The notes beneath the pieces are model-generated. The model ran no database searches. It was not told where the DNA came from and worked only from the letters and a program-made list of their open reading frames with translations. A DNA stretch of 64,000 nt, from positions 22,878,001-22,942,000 of the forward strand of contig OZ024754.1 in assembly GCA_964016885.1 (NCBI GenBank). Direction: 5' to 3'. A program made the position numbers and the translations under genes. Below are positions 8,179-22,200 of this stretch, one piece after another (position 1 is the stretch's first letter; each line of letters begins with the position of its first letter). This DNA is from Eledone cirrhosa. Taxonomy: Eukaryota.

Positions 8179-11100
8179 TATTATGAAACAATACTGGGTA
8201 AAATAAAAATTTAAACTTTTATTCAACAAATAACAATTAAATTACATAATATTTGCAATAAAAAAGAAAAATTAAATAAAAGGGGGGAGGAGTGACAGAC
8301 TACACCCCAGTCTAGGTGGTATATGTCAGCTGTGAGTGACAGACTCTACACCCCAGTCTAGGTGGTATATCTCAGCTGTGAGTGACAGACTCTACACCCC
8401 AGTCTAGGTGGTATATCTCAGCTGTGAGTGACAGACTCTACACCCCAGTCTAGGTGGTATATGTCAGCTGTGAGTGACAGACTCTACACCCCAGTCTAGG
8501 TGGTATATCTCAGCTGTGAGTGACAGACTCTACACCCCAGTCTAGGTGGTATATCTCAGCTGTGAGTGACAGACTCTACACCCCAGTCTAGGTGGTATAT
8601 CTCAGCTGTGAGTGACAGACTCTTCACCCCAGTCTAGGTGGTATATCTCAGCTGTGATAGGGAGTGGTAGACTCTACACCCCAGTCTAGGTGGTATATCT
8701 CAGCTGTGATAGGGAGTGGTAGACTCTACACCCCAGTCTAGGTGGTATATCTCCGCTGTGGTAGGGAGTGACAGACTTGACACCCCTGTCTAGGTGGTAT
8801 ATCTCAGCTGTAGTAGGGAGTGGTAGACTCTACACCCCAGTTTAGGTGGTATATCTCAGCTGTTGGAAGGAGTGACAGACTCTACACCCCAGTCTAGGTG
8901 GTATATCTCAGTTGTGGTAGACTCTACACCCCAGTCTAGGGGTGGTATATCTCAGTTGTGGTAGGGAGTGGTAGACTACACCCCAGTCTAGGTGGTAGAT
9001 CTAAGCTGTTGGGGGGAGTGACAGACTCTACACCCCAGTCTAGGTGGTATATCTAAGCAGTTGGAGAGAGGGACAGACTCTACACCCCAGTTTAGGTGGT
9101 ATATCTCAGCTGTTGTAGGGAGTGGTAGACTCTACACACCAGTCTAGGTGGTATATTTCAGCTGTGGTAGGGAGTGACAAACTACACCCCAGTCTACGTG
9201 GTATATCTCAAGCTGTGGTAGGGAGTGGTAGACTCTACACACCAGTCTAGGTGGTATATTTCAGCTGTGGTAGGGAGTGACAAACTACACCCCAGTCTAC
9301 GTGGTATATCTCAAGCTGTGGTAGGGAGTGGTAGACTCTACACCCAGTCTAGGTGGTATATCTAAGCAGTTGGAGGGAGGGACAGACTCTACACCCCAAT
9401 CTAGGTGGTATATCTCAGCTGTGGTAGGGAGTGACAGACTCTACACCCCAGTTTAGGTGGTATATCTCAGCTGTGGTTGGGAGTGACAGACTGCATCCTA
9501 GTCTAGGTGGTATATCTCAGCTGTGGTAGGGAGTGACAGACTACACCCCAGTTTAGGTGGTATATCTCAGCTGATGGAGGGAGTGACAGACTCTACACCC
9601 CAATCTAGGTGGTATATCTCAGCTGTGGTAGGGAGTGACAGACTCCACACTCCAGTCTAGGTGGTATATCTCAGCTGTGGTAGGGAGTCACAGACTCTAC
9701 ACCCCAGTGTAGGTGGTATATCTCAGCTGGGAGTGACATACTCTACACCCCAGTCTAGGTGGTATATCTCAGCTGGGAGTGACAGACTACACTCCAGTCT
9801 AGGTGGTATATCTCGGCTGTTGGAGAGAGTGGGAGACTCTACACCCCAGTCTAGGTGGTATAACTCAACTGGTAGGGACTCACAGACTCTACACCCAGTC
9901 TAGGGGGTATATCTAAGCTGTGGTAGGGAGTGACAGACTACACCCCAGTTTAGGTGGTATATCTCAGCTGTGTTAGGGAGTGCCAGACTCTACACCCCAG
10001 TTTAAGTGGTATATCTCAGCTGGTGGAGGGAGTGACAGACTCTACACCCCAGTCTAGGTGGTATATCTCACCTGGGAGTGACCGACTCCACACCCCAGTG
10101 TATATGGTATATCTAAGCTGTGGTAGGGAGTGACAGACTACACCCCAGTTTAGGTGGTATATCTCTGCTGGGAATGACAGACTCTACACTCCAGTGTAGG
10201 TGGTATATCTCAGCTGTGGTAGGGAGTGGTAGACTCTACACCCCAGTCTAGGTGGTATATCTCAGCTGTGGTAGGGAGTGACAGACTCTACACCCCAGTC
10301 TAGGTGGTATATCTCAGCTGTGGTAGGGAGTGACAGACTCTACACCCCAGTCTAGGTGGTATATCTAAGCAGTTTGAGGGAGTCACAGACTCTACACCCC
10401 AGTCTAGGTGGTATATCTAAGCAGTTTGAGGGAGTCACAGACTCTACACCCCAGTCTAGGTGGTATATCTAAGCAGTTTGAGGGAGTCACAGACTCTACA
10501 CCCCAGTCTAGGTGGTATATCTAAGCAGTTTGAGGGAGTCACAGACTCTACACCCCAGTCTAGGTGGTATATCTAAGCAGTTTGAGGGAGTCACAGACTC
10601 TACACCCCAGTCTAGGTGGTATATCTCAGCTGGGAGTGACAGACTCTACACTCCAGTCTAGGTGGTATATCTCAGCTGTGGTAGGGAGTGACACCCTCTA
10701 CATCCCAGTCTAGGTGGTATAACTAAGCAGTTGGAGGGAGTGGTAGATTCTACACCCCAGTCTAGGTGATATATTTCAGCTGTGGTAGGGAGTGATAGAC
10801 TCTATACCCCAATCTAGGTAGTATATCGCAGCTGTGGTAGGGAGTGACAGACTCTACACCCCAGTCTAGGTGGTATATCTCAGCTGATGGAGGGAGTGAC
10901 AGACTACACCCCAGTTTAGGTGGTATATCTCAGCTGTGGTAGGGAGTGACAGACTACACCCCAGTTTAGGTGGTATATCTCAGCTGTGGTATGGAGTGAC
11001 AGACTACACCCCAGTTTAGGTGGTATATCTCAGCTGTGGTATGGAGTGACAGACTACACCCCAGTTTAGGTGGTATATCTCAGCTGATGGAGGGAGTGAC

Positions 11101-14100
11101 AGACTCTACACCCCAATCTAGGTGGTATATCTCAGCTGTGGTAGGGAGTGACAGACTCCACACTCCAGTCTAGGTGGTATATCTCAGCTGTGGTAGGGAG
11201 TCACAGACTCTACACCCCAGTGTAGGTTGTATATCTCAGCTGGGAGTGACATACTCTACACCCCAGTCTAGGTGGTATATCTCAGCTGTGGTAGGGAGTC
11301 ACAGACTCTACACCCCAGTCTAGGTGGTATATCTCAGCTGGGAGTGACAGACTACACTCCAGTCTAGGTGGTATATCTCAGCTGTGGTCGGGAGTGACAG
11401 ACTACAACCCAGTTTAGGTGGTATATCTCAGCTGGGAATGACAGGCTCTACACTCCAGTGTAGGTGGTATATCTCAGCTGTGGTAGGGAGTGACAGACTC
11501 TACACCCCAGTCTAGGTGGTATATCGCAGCTGTGGTAGGGAGTCACAGACTCTACACCCCAGTCTAGGTGGTATATCTAAGCTGATGGAGGGAGTGACAG
11601 ACTCTACACCCCAATCTAGGTGGTATATCTCAGCTGTGGTAGGGAGTGACAGACTCTACACCCCAGTCTAGGTGGTATATCTAAGCAGTTGGAGAGAGGG
11701 ACAGACTCTACACCCCTGTCTAGGTGGTATTTCTCAGCTGTGGTAGGGTGTGACACACTCTACACCCTAGTCTAGGTGGTATATTTCAGCTGGCAGTGAC
11801 AAACTCTACACCCCATTCTAGGTGGTATATCTCAGCTGTGGTAGGGAGTGACAGACTCTACACCCCTGTCTAGGTGATATATCTCAGCTGTGGTAGGGAG
11901 TGACAAACTCTACACCCCAGTCTAAGTGGTATATCTCAGCGGGGAATGACAGACTCTACACTCCAGTATAGGTGGTATATCTCAGCTGTGGTAGGGAGTG
12001 GTAGACTCTACACACCAGTCTAGGTGGTATATCTCAGCTGTGGTAGGGAGTGACAGACTCTACACCCCAGTCTAGGTGGTATATCTCAGCTGTGGTAGGG
12101 AGTGACAGACTCTACACCCCAGTCTAGGTGGTATATCTAAGCAGTTGGAGAGAGGGACAGACTCTACACCCCAGTCTAGGTGGTATATCTCAGCTGTGGT
12201 AGGGAGTGACAGACTCTACACCCCAGTCTAGGTGGTATATCTAAGCAGTTGGAGGGAGGGACAGACTACACCCCAGTCTAGTTGGTATATCTCAGCTGTG
12301 GTAGGGAGTGACAGACTCTACACCCCAGTCTAGGTGGTATATCTCAGCTGTGGTAGGGAGTCACAGACTCTACACCCCAGTCTAGGTGGTATAACTAAGC
12401 AGTTGGAGGGAGTGGTAGATTCTACACCACAGTTTAGGTGGTATATTTCAGCTGTGGTAGGGAGTGACAGACTACACCCCAGTTTAGGTGGTATATCTCA
12501 GCTGGGAATGACAGGCTCTACACTCCAGTGTAGGTGGTATATCTCAGCTGTGGTAGGGAGTGGTAGACGCTACACCCCAGTCTAGGTGGTATATCTCAGC
12601 TGTGGTAGGGAGTGACAGACTCTACACCCCAATCTAGGTGGTATATCTCAGCTGTGGTAGGCAGTGACAGGCTCTACACCGCTGTCTAGGTGGTATTTCT
12701 CAGCTGTGGTAGGGAGTGGTAGACTCTACACCCAGTCTAGGTGGTATATTTCAGCTGTGGTAGGGAGTGACAGACTACACTCCAGTCTAGGTGGTATATC
12801 TCAGCTGTAGTCGGGAGTGACAGACTCTACACCCAAATCTAGTTGGTGTATCTCAGCTGTGGTAGGGAGTGACACACTCTACACCCCAGTCTAGGTGGTA
12901 TATCTCAGCTGTCGTAGGGAGTGGTAGACTCTACACCCAGTCTAGGTGGTATATCTAAGCTGATGGAGGGAGTGACAGACTACACTTCAGTCTAGGTGGT
13001 ATATCTCAGCTGTGGTAGGGAGCTCACAGACTCTACACCCCAGTGTATGTGGTTAATTTCAGCTGTGGTAGGGAGTGACAGACTCTACACCCCAGTCTAG
13101 GTTGTATATCTAAGCTGATGGAGCGAGTGGTAGATTCTACACTCCAGTCTAGGTGGTATATCTTAGCTGTGGTAGGGAGTGACAGACTACACCCCAGTTT
13201 AGGTGGTATATCTCAGCTGTGGTAGGGAGTGGTAGACTTTACACCCCAGTCTAGGTGGTATATCTCAGCAGTGGTAGGGAGTCACAGACGCTACACCCCA
13301 GTCTAGGTGGTATATCTCAGCCGTGGCAGGGAGTGACACACTCTACACCCCAGTCTAGGTGGTATATTTCAGCTGGGAGTGACAGACTCTACACCCCAGT
13401 CTAGGTGGTATATCTCGGCTGTGGTAGGGAGTGACAGACGCTACAACCCAGTCTAGGTGGTATATCTCAACTGTGGTAGGGAGTGACAGACTACACCCCA
13501 GTGTAGGTGGTATATCTCAGTTGTGGTAGGGAGTGGTAGACTCTACACCCCTGTCTAGGTGGTATATCTCAGCTGGGAATGCCAGACTCCACACCCCAGT
13601 CTAGGTGGGATATCTCAGCTGTTGGAGGGAGTGGTACACTCTACACCCTAGTCTAGGTGGTATATCTAAGCTGATGGAGGGAGTGACAGTCTCTACACCC
13701 CAATCTAGGTGGTATATCTCAGCTGTGGTAGGGAGTGACACCCTCTACATCCCAGTCTAGGTGGTATAACTAAGCAGTTGGAGGGAGTGGTAGATTCTAC
13801 ACCCCAGTCTAGGTGGTATATCTCAGCTGTGGTAGGGAGTCACAGACTCTACACCCCAGTCTAGGTGGTATATTTCAGCTGTGGTAGGGAGTGACAGACT
13901 CTACACCCAAATCTAGGTGGTATATCTCAGCTGTGGTAGGGAGTCACAGACTCTACACCCCAGTCTAGGTGGTATATTTCAGCTGGGATTGACAGATTCT
14001 ACACGCTAGTGTAGGTGGTATATCTCAGTTGTGGTAGGAAGTGGTAGACTATACACCCCAGTCTAGCTGGTATGTCTCAGCTCGGAATGACAGACTCTAC

Positions 14101-17100
14101 ACTCCAGTGTAGGTGGTATATCTCAGCTGTTGTAGGGAGTGGTAGACTCTACACCCCAATCTAGGTGGTATATCTCAGCTGTGGTAGGGAGTGACAGACG
14201 CTACAACCCAGTCTAGGTGGTATATCCCAGCTGTTGGAGGGAGTGACATACTCTATAGCCCAATCTAGGTGGTATATCTCAGCTGTGGTAAGGTGTGACA
14301 GACTACACCCCAGTTTAGGTGGTATATCTCAGCTGTGTTAGGGAGTGCCAGACTCTAGACCCCAGTTTAGGGGGTATTTCTCAGCTGTGGGAGGGAGTGA
14401 CAGACTCTACAACCCAGTCTAGGTGGTATATCTCACCTGGGAGTGACAGACTCCACACCCCAGTGTAGGTGGTATATCTCAGCTGTGGTAGGGAGTGGTA
14501 GACTCTACACCCCAGTCTAGGTAGTATATCTCAGTTGTGGTAGGGAGTGACAGACTGCACCCCAGTCTAGGTGGTTTATCTAAGCTGTGGTATGGATTGA
14601 CAGACTCTACACCCCAATTTAGGTGGTATATCTCAGCTGTTGGAGGGAGTGACAGACTCTACACCCCAGTCTAGGTGGTATTTCTAAGCTGTGGTAGGGT
14701 GTGACAGACTCTACACCCCAGTCTAGGTGGTATATCTCACCCGGGAGTGACAGACTCTACACCCCAGTGTAGGTGGTATATCTCAGCTGTGGTAGGGAGT
14801 GACAGACTACACCCCAGTCTAGGTGGTATATCTCAGCTGGGAATGACAGACTCTACACTCCAGTGTAGGTGGTATATATCAGCTGTGGTAGGGAGTGGTA
14901 GACTCTACACCCCAGTCTAGGTGGTATATCTCAACTGTGGTAAGGAGTGGGAGACTCTACACCCCAGTCTAGGTGGTATATCTCAGCTGTGGCAGGGAGT
15001 GACACACTCTAGACCCCAGTCTAGGTGGTATATCTCAGTTGTGGTATGGAGTGGTAGACTCTACACCCCAATCTAGGTGGTACATCTCAGCTGTGGTAGG
15101 GAGTGACAGACTACACCCCAATCTAGGTGGTACATCTCAGCTGTGGGAGGGAGTGACATACTCTATACCCCAATCTAGGTGGTATATCTCAGCTGTGGTA
15201 GGGAGTGACAGACTACACCCCAGTCTAGGTGGTTTATCTAAGCTGATGGAGGGAGTGACAGACTACACCCCAGTTTAGGTGGTATATCTTAGCTGTGGTA
15301 GGGTGTGACAGACTCTACACCCCAGTCTAGGTGGTATATCCCAGCTGTGGTAGGGAGTGACAGAATACAACCCTGTCTAGGTGGTATATGTCAGCTGGGA
15401 ATGACAGACTCTACACTCCAGTGTAAGTGGTATATCTCAGCTGTGGTAGGGAGTGGTTGACTCTACACCCCAGTGTAGGTGGTATATCTCAGTTGTGGTA
15501 GGGAGTGTTATACTCTACACCCCTGTCTAGGTGGTATATCTCAGTTGTGGTAGGGAGTGGTAGACTTTACACCCCAGTCTACGTGGTATATCTCACCTGG
15601 GAGTGACAGACTCCACACCCCAGTGTAGGTGGTATATCTCAGCTGTGGTAGGGAGTGACAGACTACACCCCTGTCTAGGTGGTATATCTCAGCTGTGGTA
15701 GGGTGTGACAGACTCTACACTGCAGTGTAGGTGGTATATCTCAGCTGTGGTAGGGAGTGAGAGACTCTACCCCCCAGTCTAGGTGGTTTATCTAAGCTGA
15801 TGGAGTGAGTGACAGACTACACCCCAGTTTAGGTGGTATATCTCAGCTGTGGTAGGGAGTGCTAGACTTTGCACCCCAAGATAGGTGGTATATCTAAGCT
15901 GTGCTAGGGTGTGTCAGACTCTACACCCCAGTCTAGGTGGTATATCTCAGCTGGGAATGACAGACTCTATACTCCAGTGTAGGTAGTATATATCAGCTGT
16001 GGTAGCGAGTGGTAGACTCTACACCCCAATCTAGGTGGTATATCTCAGCTGTGGTAGGGAGTGACAGACTACACCCCTGTCTAGGTGGTATATCTCAGCT
16101 GGGAATGACAGACTCTACACTCCAGTGTAGGTGGTATATATCAGCTGTGGTAGGGAGTGGTAGACTCTAGACCCCAGTGTAGGTGGTATATCTCAGTTGT
16201 GGTATGGAGTGGTAGACTCTATACCCCAGTCTAGGTGGTATATCTCACCTGGGAGTGACAGACTCTACACTCCAGTGTAGGTGGTATATCTCAGCTGTGG
16301 TAGGGTGTGACAGACTCTACCCCCCAGTCTAGGTGGTATATCTCAGCTGATGGAGGGAGTGGCAGACTCTACACCCCAGTCTAGGTGGTTTATCTAAGCT
16401 GATGGAGGGAGTGACAGACTACACCCCAGTCTAGGTGGTATATCTCAGCTGTAGTAGGGAGTGACAGACTACACCCCAGTCTAGGTGGTATATCTCAGCT
16501 GATGGAGGGAGTGGCAGACTCTACACCCCAATCTAGGTGGTATATCTCAGCTGTGGTAGGGAGTGACAGACTACACCCCAGTCTAGGTGGTATATCTCAG
16601 CTGATGGAGGGAGTGGCAGACTCTACACCCCAATCTAGGTGGTATATCTCAGCTGTGGTAGGGAGTGACAGACTACACCCCAGTCTAGGTGGTACATCTC
16701 AGCTGTGGTAGGGAGTGCTAGACTTTACACCCCAAGTTAGGTGGTATATCTCAGCTGTGGTAGCGAGTGACAGACTACAACTCTGTCTAGGTGGTATATG
16801 TCAGCTGGGAATGACAGACTCTACACCCCTGTCTAGGTGGTATATCTCAGCTGTGGTAGGGAGTGGTAGACTCTACACCCCAGTCTAGGTGGTATATCTA
16901 AGCTGATGGAGGGAGTGATAGACTCTACACCCCAGTCTAGGTGGTATATCTCAGTTGTGGTAGGGAGTGGTATACTCTACACCCCAGTCTAGGTGGTATA
17001 TCTCAGCTGTGGTAGAGAGTGACAGACTCTACACCCCAGTCTAGGTGGTTTATCTAAGCTGATGGAGGGAGTGACAGACTACACCCTAGTTTAGGTGGTA

Positions 17101-18299
17101 TATCTCAGCTGTGGTAGAGAGTCAGAGACTCTACACCCCTGTCTAGGTCGTATATCTCAGCTGTGGTAGGGAGTGACACACTCTACACCCCAGTCTAGGT
17201 GGTATATTTCAGCTGGGAGTGACAGACTCTACACCCTAGTCTAGGTGGTATATCTCAGTTGTGGTAGGAAGTGATAGACTATACACCCCAGTTTATGTGG
17301 TATATCTCAGCTTTGGTAGGTAGTGACAGACTCTATACCCCAATCTAGGTGGTATATCTCAGCTGTGGTAGGGAGTGACAGACTACACCCCAGTTTAGGT
17401 GGTATATCTCAGCTGTGTTAGGGAGTGCCAGACTCTACACCCCAGTTTAGGTGGTATATCTCACCTGGGAGTGACAGACTCCACACCCCAGTGTATGTGG
17501 TATATCTCAGCTGTGGTAGGGAGTGACAGACTACACCCCTGTCTAGGTGGTATATCTCAGCTGGGAGTGACAGACTCTACACCCCAGTCTAGGTTGTATA
17601 TCTCAGCTGTGCTAAGGTGTGACACACTCTACACCCCTGTCTAGGTGGTATTTATCAGCTGTGGTATGGAGTGACAGACTCTACACCCCAGTCTAGTTGG
17701 TATATCTCAGCTGTGGTAGGGAGTCAGAGACTCTACACCCCAATCTAGGTGGTATATCTCAGCTGTGGTAGGGAGTGGTAAACTCTACACCCCAGTCTAG
17801 GTGGTATATCTCAGCTGTGGTAGGGAGTGGTAGACTCTACACCCCACTCGAGGTGGTATATCTAAGCTGTGGTAGGGAGTGACACACTCTACACCCCAGT
17901 CTAGGTGGTATATTTCAGCTGGGAATGACAGACTCTACACCCTAGTCTAGGGGGTATATCTCAGTTGTGGTAGGGAGTGGTAGACTACACACCCCAGTCT
18001 CGGTGGTATATCTCAGCTCGGAATGACAGACTCTACACTCCAGTTTAGGTGGTATATCTCAGCTGTTGTAGGGAGTGACATACTCTATACCCCAATCTAG
18101 GTGGTATATCTCAGCTGTGGTAGGGAGTGACAGACTACACCCCAGTTTAGGTGGTATATCTCAGCTGTGTTAGGGAGTGCCAGACTCTACACCCCTGTAT
18201 AGGTGGTATATCTCAGCTGTGCTAGGGAGTGACACACTCTACACCCCAGTCTAGGTGGTATATCTCAGTTGTGGTAGGAAGTGGTAGACTATACACCCC

Positions 18300-21200
18300 T
18301 GTCTAGGTTGTATATCACAGTTGTGGTAGGGAGGACAGACTCTACACCCCAGTCTAGGTGGTATATCTAAGCTGATCGAGGGAGTGACAGAATACACCCC
18401 AATCTAGGTGGTATATCTCATCTGCGGTAGGGAGAGGTAGACTCTAAACCCCAGTCTATGTGGTATATCTCAGTTGTGGTAGGGAGTGACAGACTCTACA
18501 CCCCAGTCCAGGTGGTATATGTCAGCTGCGGTGGTGATTGGTAGACTCTACACCCCAGTTTAGGTGGTATATCTCAGCTGTTGGAGGGAGTAGTAGACTC
18601 TACACCCCAGTCTAGGTGGTATATTTCAGCTGGGAATGACACACTCTACACCCCAGTCTAGGTGGTATATCTCAGTTGTGGTAGTGAGTGCCAGACTCTA
18701 CACCCTAGTCTAGGTGGTATATCTCAGCTGTGGTAGGGAGTGACAGACGCTACGACCCAGTTTAGGTGGTACATCTCAGCTGTTGGAGGGAGTAGTAGAC
18801 TCTACACCCCAGTCTAGGTGGTATATCTATGCTGTGGTAGGGAGTCACAGACTCTACCCCCCAGTCTAGGTGGTATATCTAAGCTGATGGAGGGAGTGAC
18901 AGACTCTACTCCCCAATCTAGGTGGTATATCTCGGCTGTGGTAGGGAGTGACAGACTCTACTCCCCAATCTAGGTGGTATATCTCGGCTGTGGTAGAGAG
19001 TGACAGACTACACCCCAGTACAGGTGCTTTATCTAAGCTGTTGTAGAGAGTCAGAGACTCTACACCCCAGTCTAGGTGTTATATCTCACCTGGGAGTGAC
19101 AGACTCCACACCTCAGTGTAGGTGGTATATCTCAGCTGTGGTAGGGAGTTACACACTCTACACCCCTGTCTAGGTGGTATATTTCAGCTGTGGTAGGGAG
19201 TGACACACTCTACACCCCAGTCTAGGTGGTATATTTCAGCTGGGAGTGACAGACACCACACCCCAGTGTATGTGGTATATATCAGTTGTGGTAGGAAGTG
19301 GTAGACTTTACACCCCAGTCTAGGTGGTAATTCTAAGCTGATGGAGGGAGTAACAGACTACACCCCAGTCTAGGTGGTATATTTCAGCTGTGGTAGGGAG
19401 TGACAGACTCTACACCCCAGTTTAGGTGGTATACCTGAGCTGTGGTAGGGAGTGACACACTCTACACCCCAGTCTAGGTGGTATATCTCAGTTGTTGTAG
19501 GGAGTGGTAGACTCTACACCCCTGTCTAGGTGGTATATCTCAGTTGTGGTAGGGAGTGGTAGACTCTACACCCCAGTCTAGGTGGTATATCTCAGCTGTG
19601 GTAGGGAGTGGTAGACTCTACACCCCAGTCTAGGTGGTATATCTCAGCTGTGGTAGGGAGTCACAGACTCTACACCCCAGTCTAGGTGGTTTATCTAAGC
19701 TGTGGTATGGATTGACAGACTCTACACCCCAATTTAGGGGGTATATCTCAGCTGTTGGAGAGAGTGGTAGTCTATATACCCCTGTCTAGGTGGTATATCT
19801 AATTTGTGGTAGGGTGTGACAGACTCTACACCCCAGTCTAGGTGGTATATCTAAGCTGTTGGAGGGAGTGACAGACTCTACACACCAGTCTAGGTGGTAC
19901 ATCTCACCTGGGAGTGACAGACTCCTCACCCCAGTGTAGGTGGTATATCTCAGCTGTGGTAGGGGGTGACAGAATACACACCTGTCTAGGTGGTATATGT
20001 CAGCTGGGAATGACAGACTCCTCACCCCAGTGTAGGTGGTATATCTCAGCTGTGGTAGGGAGTGGTAGACTTTACACCCCAGTCTAGGTGGTATATTTCA
20101 GCTGGGAGTGACAGACTCTTCACTCCAGTCTAGGTGGTATATCTCAGTTGTGGTAGGGAGTGGTATACTCTACACCCCTATCTAGGTGGTATATCTCTGT
20201 TGTGGTAGAGAATGGTAGACTATACACCCCGGTCTAGGTGGTATATCTCAGCTGGGAATGACAGACTCTACCCTCCAGTGTAGGTGGTATATCTCAGCTG
20301 TGCTAGGGAGTGGTAGACTTTACACCCCAGTCTAGGTGGTATATCTCAGCTGGGAATGACAGACTCTACCCTCCAGTGTAGGTGGTATATCTCAGCTGTG
20401 GTAGGGAGTGATAGACGCTACAAACCAGTTTAGGTGGTATATTTCAGCTGAGAGTGACAGACTCTACACCCCTGTCTAGGTGGTATATCTCAGCTGTTTG
20501 AGGGAGTGGTAGACTCTACACCCTAGTCTAGGTGGTATATCTAAGCTGATGGAGGGAGTGACAGACTCTACACCCCAGTCTAGGTGGTATATCTCATCTG
20601 CGGTAGGGAGTGGTAGACTCTAAACCCCAGTCTATGTGGTATATCTCAGTTGTGGTAGGGAGTGACAGACTCTACACCCCAGTCCGGGTGGTATATGTCA
20701 GCTGCGGTGGTGAGTGGTAGACTCTACACCCCAGTTTAGGTGGTATATCTCAGCTGTTGGAGGGAGTAGTAGACTCTACACCCCAGTCTAGGTGGTATAT
20801 TTCAGCTGGGAATGACACACTCTACACCCCAGTCTAGGTGGTATATCTCAGTTGTGGTAGGGAGTGCCAGACTCTACACCCTAGTCTAGGTGGTATATCT
20901 CAGTTGTGGTGGGGAGTGACACACTCTACACCCCAGTCTAGGTGGTATATCTCAGCTGTGGTAGGGAGTGGAAGACTCTACACCCTAGTCTAGGTGGTAT
21001 ATCTCAGCTGTGGTAGGGAGTGGTAGACTCTACACCCTAGTCTAGGTGGTATATCTATGCTGTGGTAGGGAGTCACAGACTCTACCCCCCAGTCTAGGTG
21101 GTATATCTAAGCTGATGGAGGGAGTGACAGACTCTACTCCCCAATCTAGGTGGTATATATCGGCTGTGGTAGGGAGTGACAGACTGTACTCCCCAATCTA

Positions 21201-22200
21201 GGTGGTATATCTCGGCTGTGGTAGAGAGTGACAGACTACACCCCAGTACAGGTGGTTTATCTAAGCTGTGGTAGAGAGTCAGACTCTACACCCCAGTCTA
21301 GGTGGTATATCTCACCTGGGAGTGACAGACTCCACACCTCAGTGTAGGTGGTATATCTCAGCTGTGGTAGAGAGTGACACACTTTACACCCCTGTCTAGG
21401 TGGTATATTTCAGCTGTATAGGGAGTGACACACTCTACACCCCAGTCTAGGTGGTATATTTCAGCTGGGAGTGACAGACTCCACACCCCAGTGTATGTGG
21501 TATATCTCAGTTGTGGTAGGGAGTGGTAGACTTTACACCCCAGTCTAGGTAGTAATTCTAAGCTGATGGAGGGAGTGACAGACTACACCCCAGTCTAGGT
21601 GGTATATTTCAGCTGTGGTAGGGAGTGACAGACTCTACACCCCAGTCTAGGTGGTATACCTGAGCTGTGGTAGGGAGTGACACACTCTACACCCCAGTCT
21701 AGGTGGTATATCTCAGTTGTTGTAGGGAGTGGTAGACTCTACACCCCTGTCTAGGTGGTATATCTCAGTTGTGGTAGGGAGTGGTAGACTCTACACCCCA
21801 GTCTAGGTGGTATATCTCAGCTGTGGTAGGGAGTGGTAGACTCTACACCCCAGTCTAGGTGGTATATCTCAGCTGTGGTAGGGAGTCACAGACTCTACAC
21901 CCCAGTCTAGGTGGTTTATCTAAGCTGTGGTATGGATTGACAGACTCTACACCCCAATTTAGGGGGTATATCTCAGCTGTTGGAGAGAGTGGTAGTCTAT
22001 ATACCCCTGTCTAGGTGGTATATCTAATTTGTGGTAGGGTGTGACACTCTACACCCCAGTCTAGGTGGTATATCTAAGCTGTTGGAGGGTGTGACAGACT
22101 CTACACACCAGTCTAGGTGGTACATCTCACCTGGGAGTGACAGACTCTACACCCCAGTGTAGGTGGTATATCTCAGCTGTGGTAGGGAGTGACACACTCT
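18300..22200. repeat. Diverged ~2.2-kb higher-order duplication within the satellite
   Basis: Rare variants recur: gctgcggtggtga at 18525/20701 (offset 2176), taattctaag at 19328/21553 and aatttgtggt at 19801/22026 (offset 2225). Boundaries approximate. Confidence 0.8.

Noticed and set aside
7740-8206. ORFs 7740-7931 (-) and 7985-8206 (+)
   Set aside because: The first is antisense to exon E and AT-rich intron; the second is a read-through of the 31-bp minisatellite.
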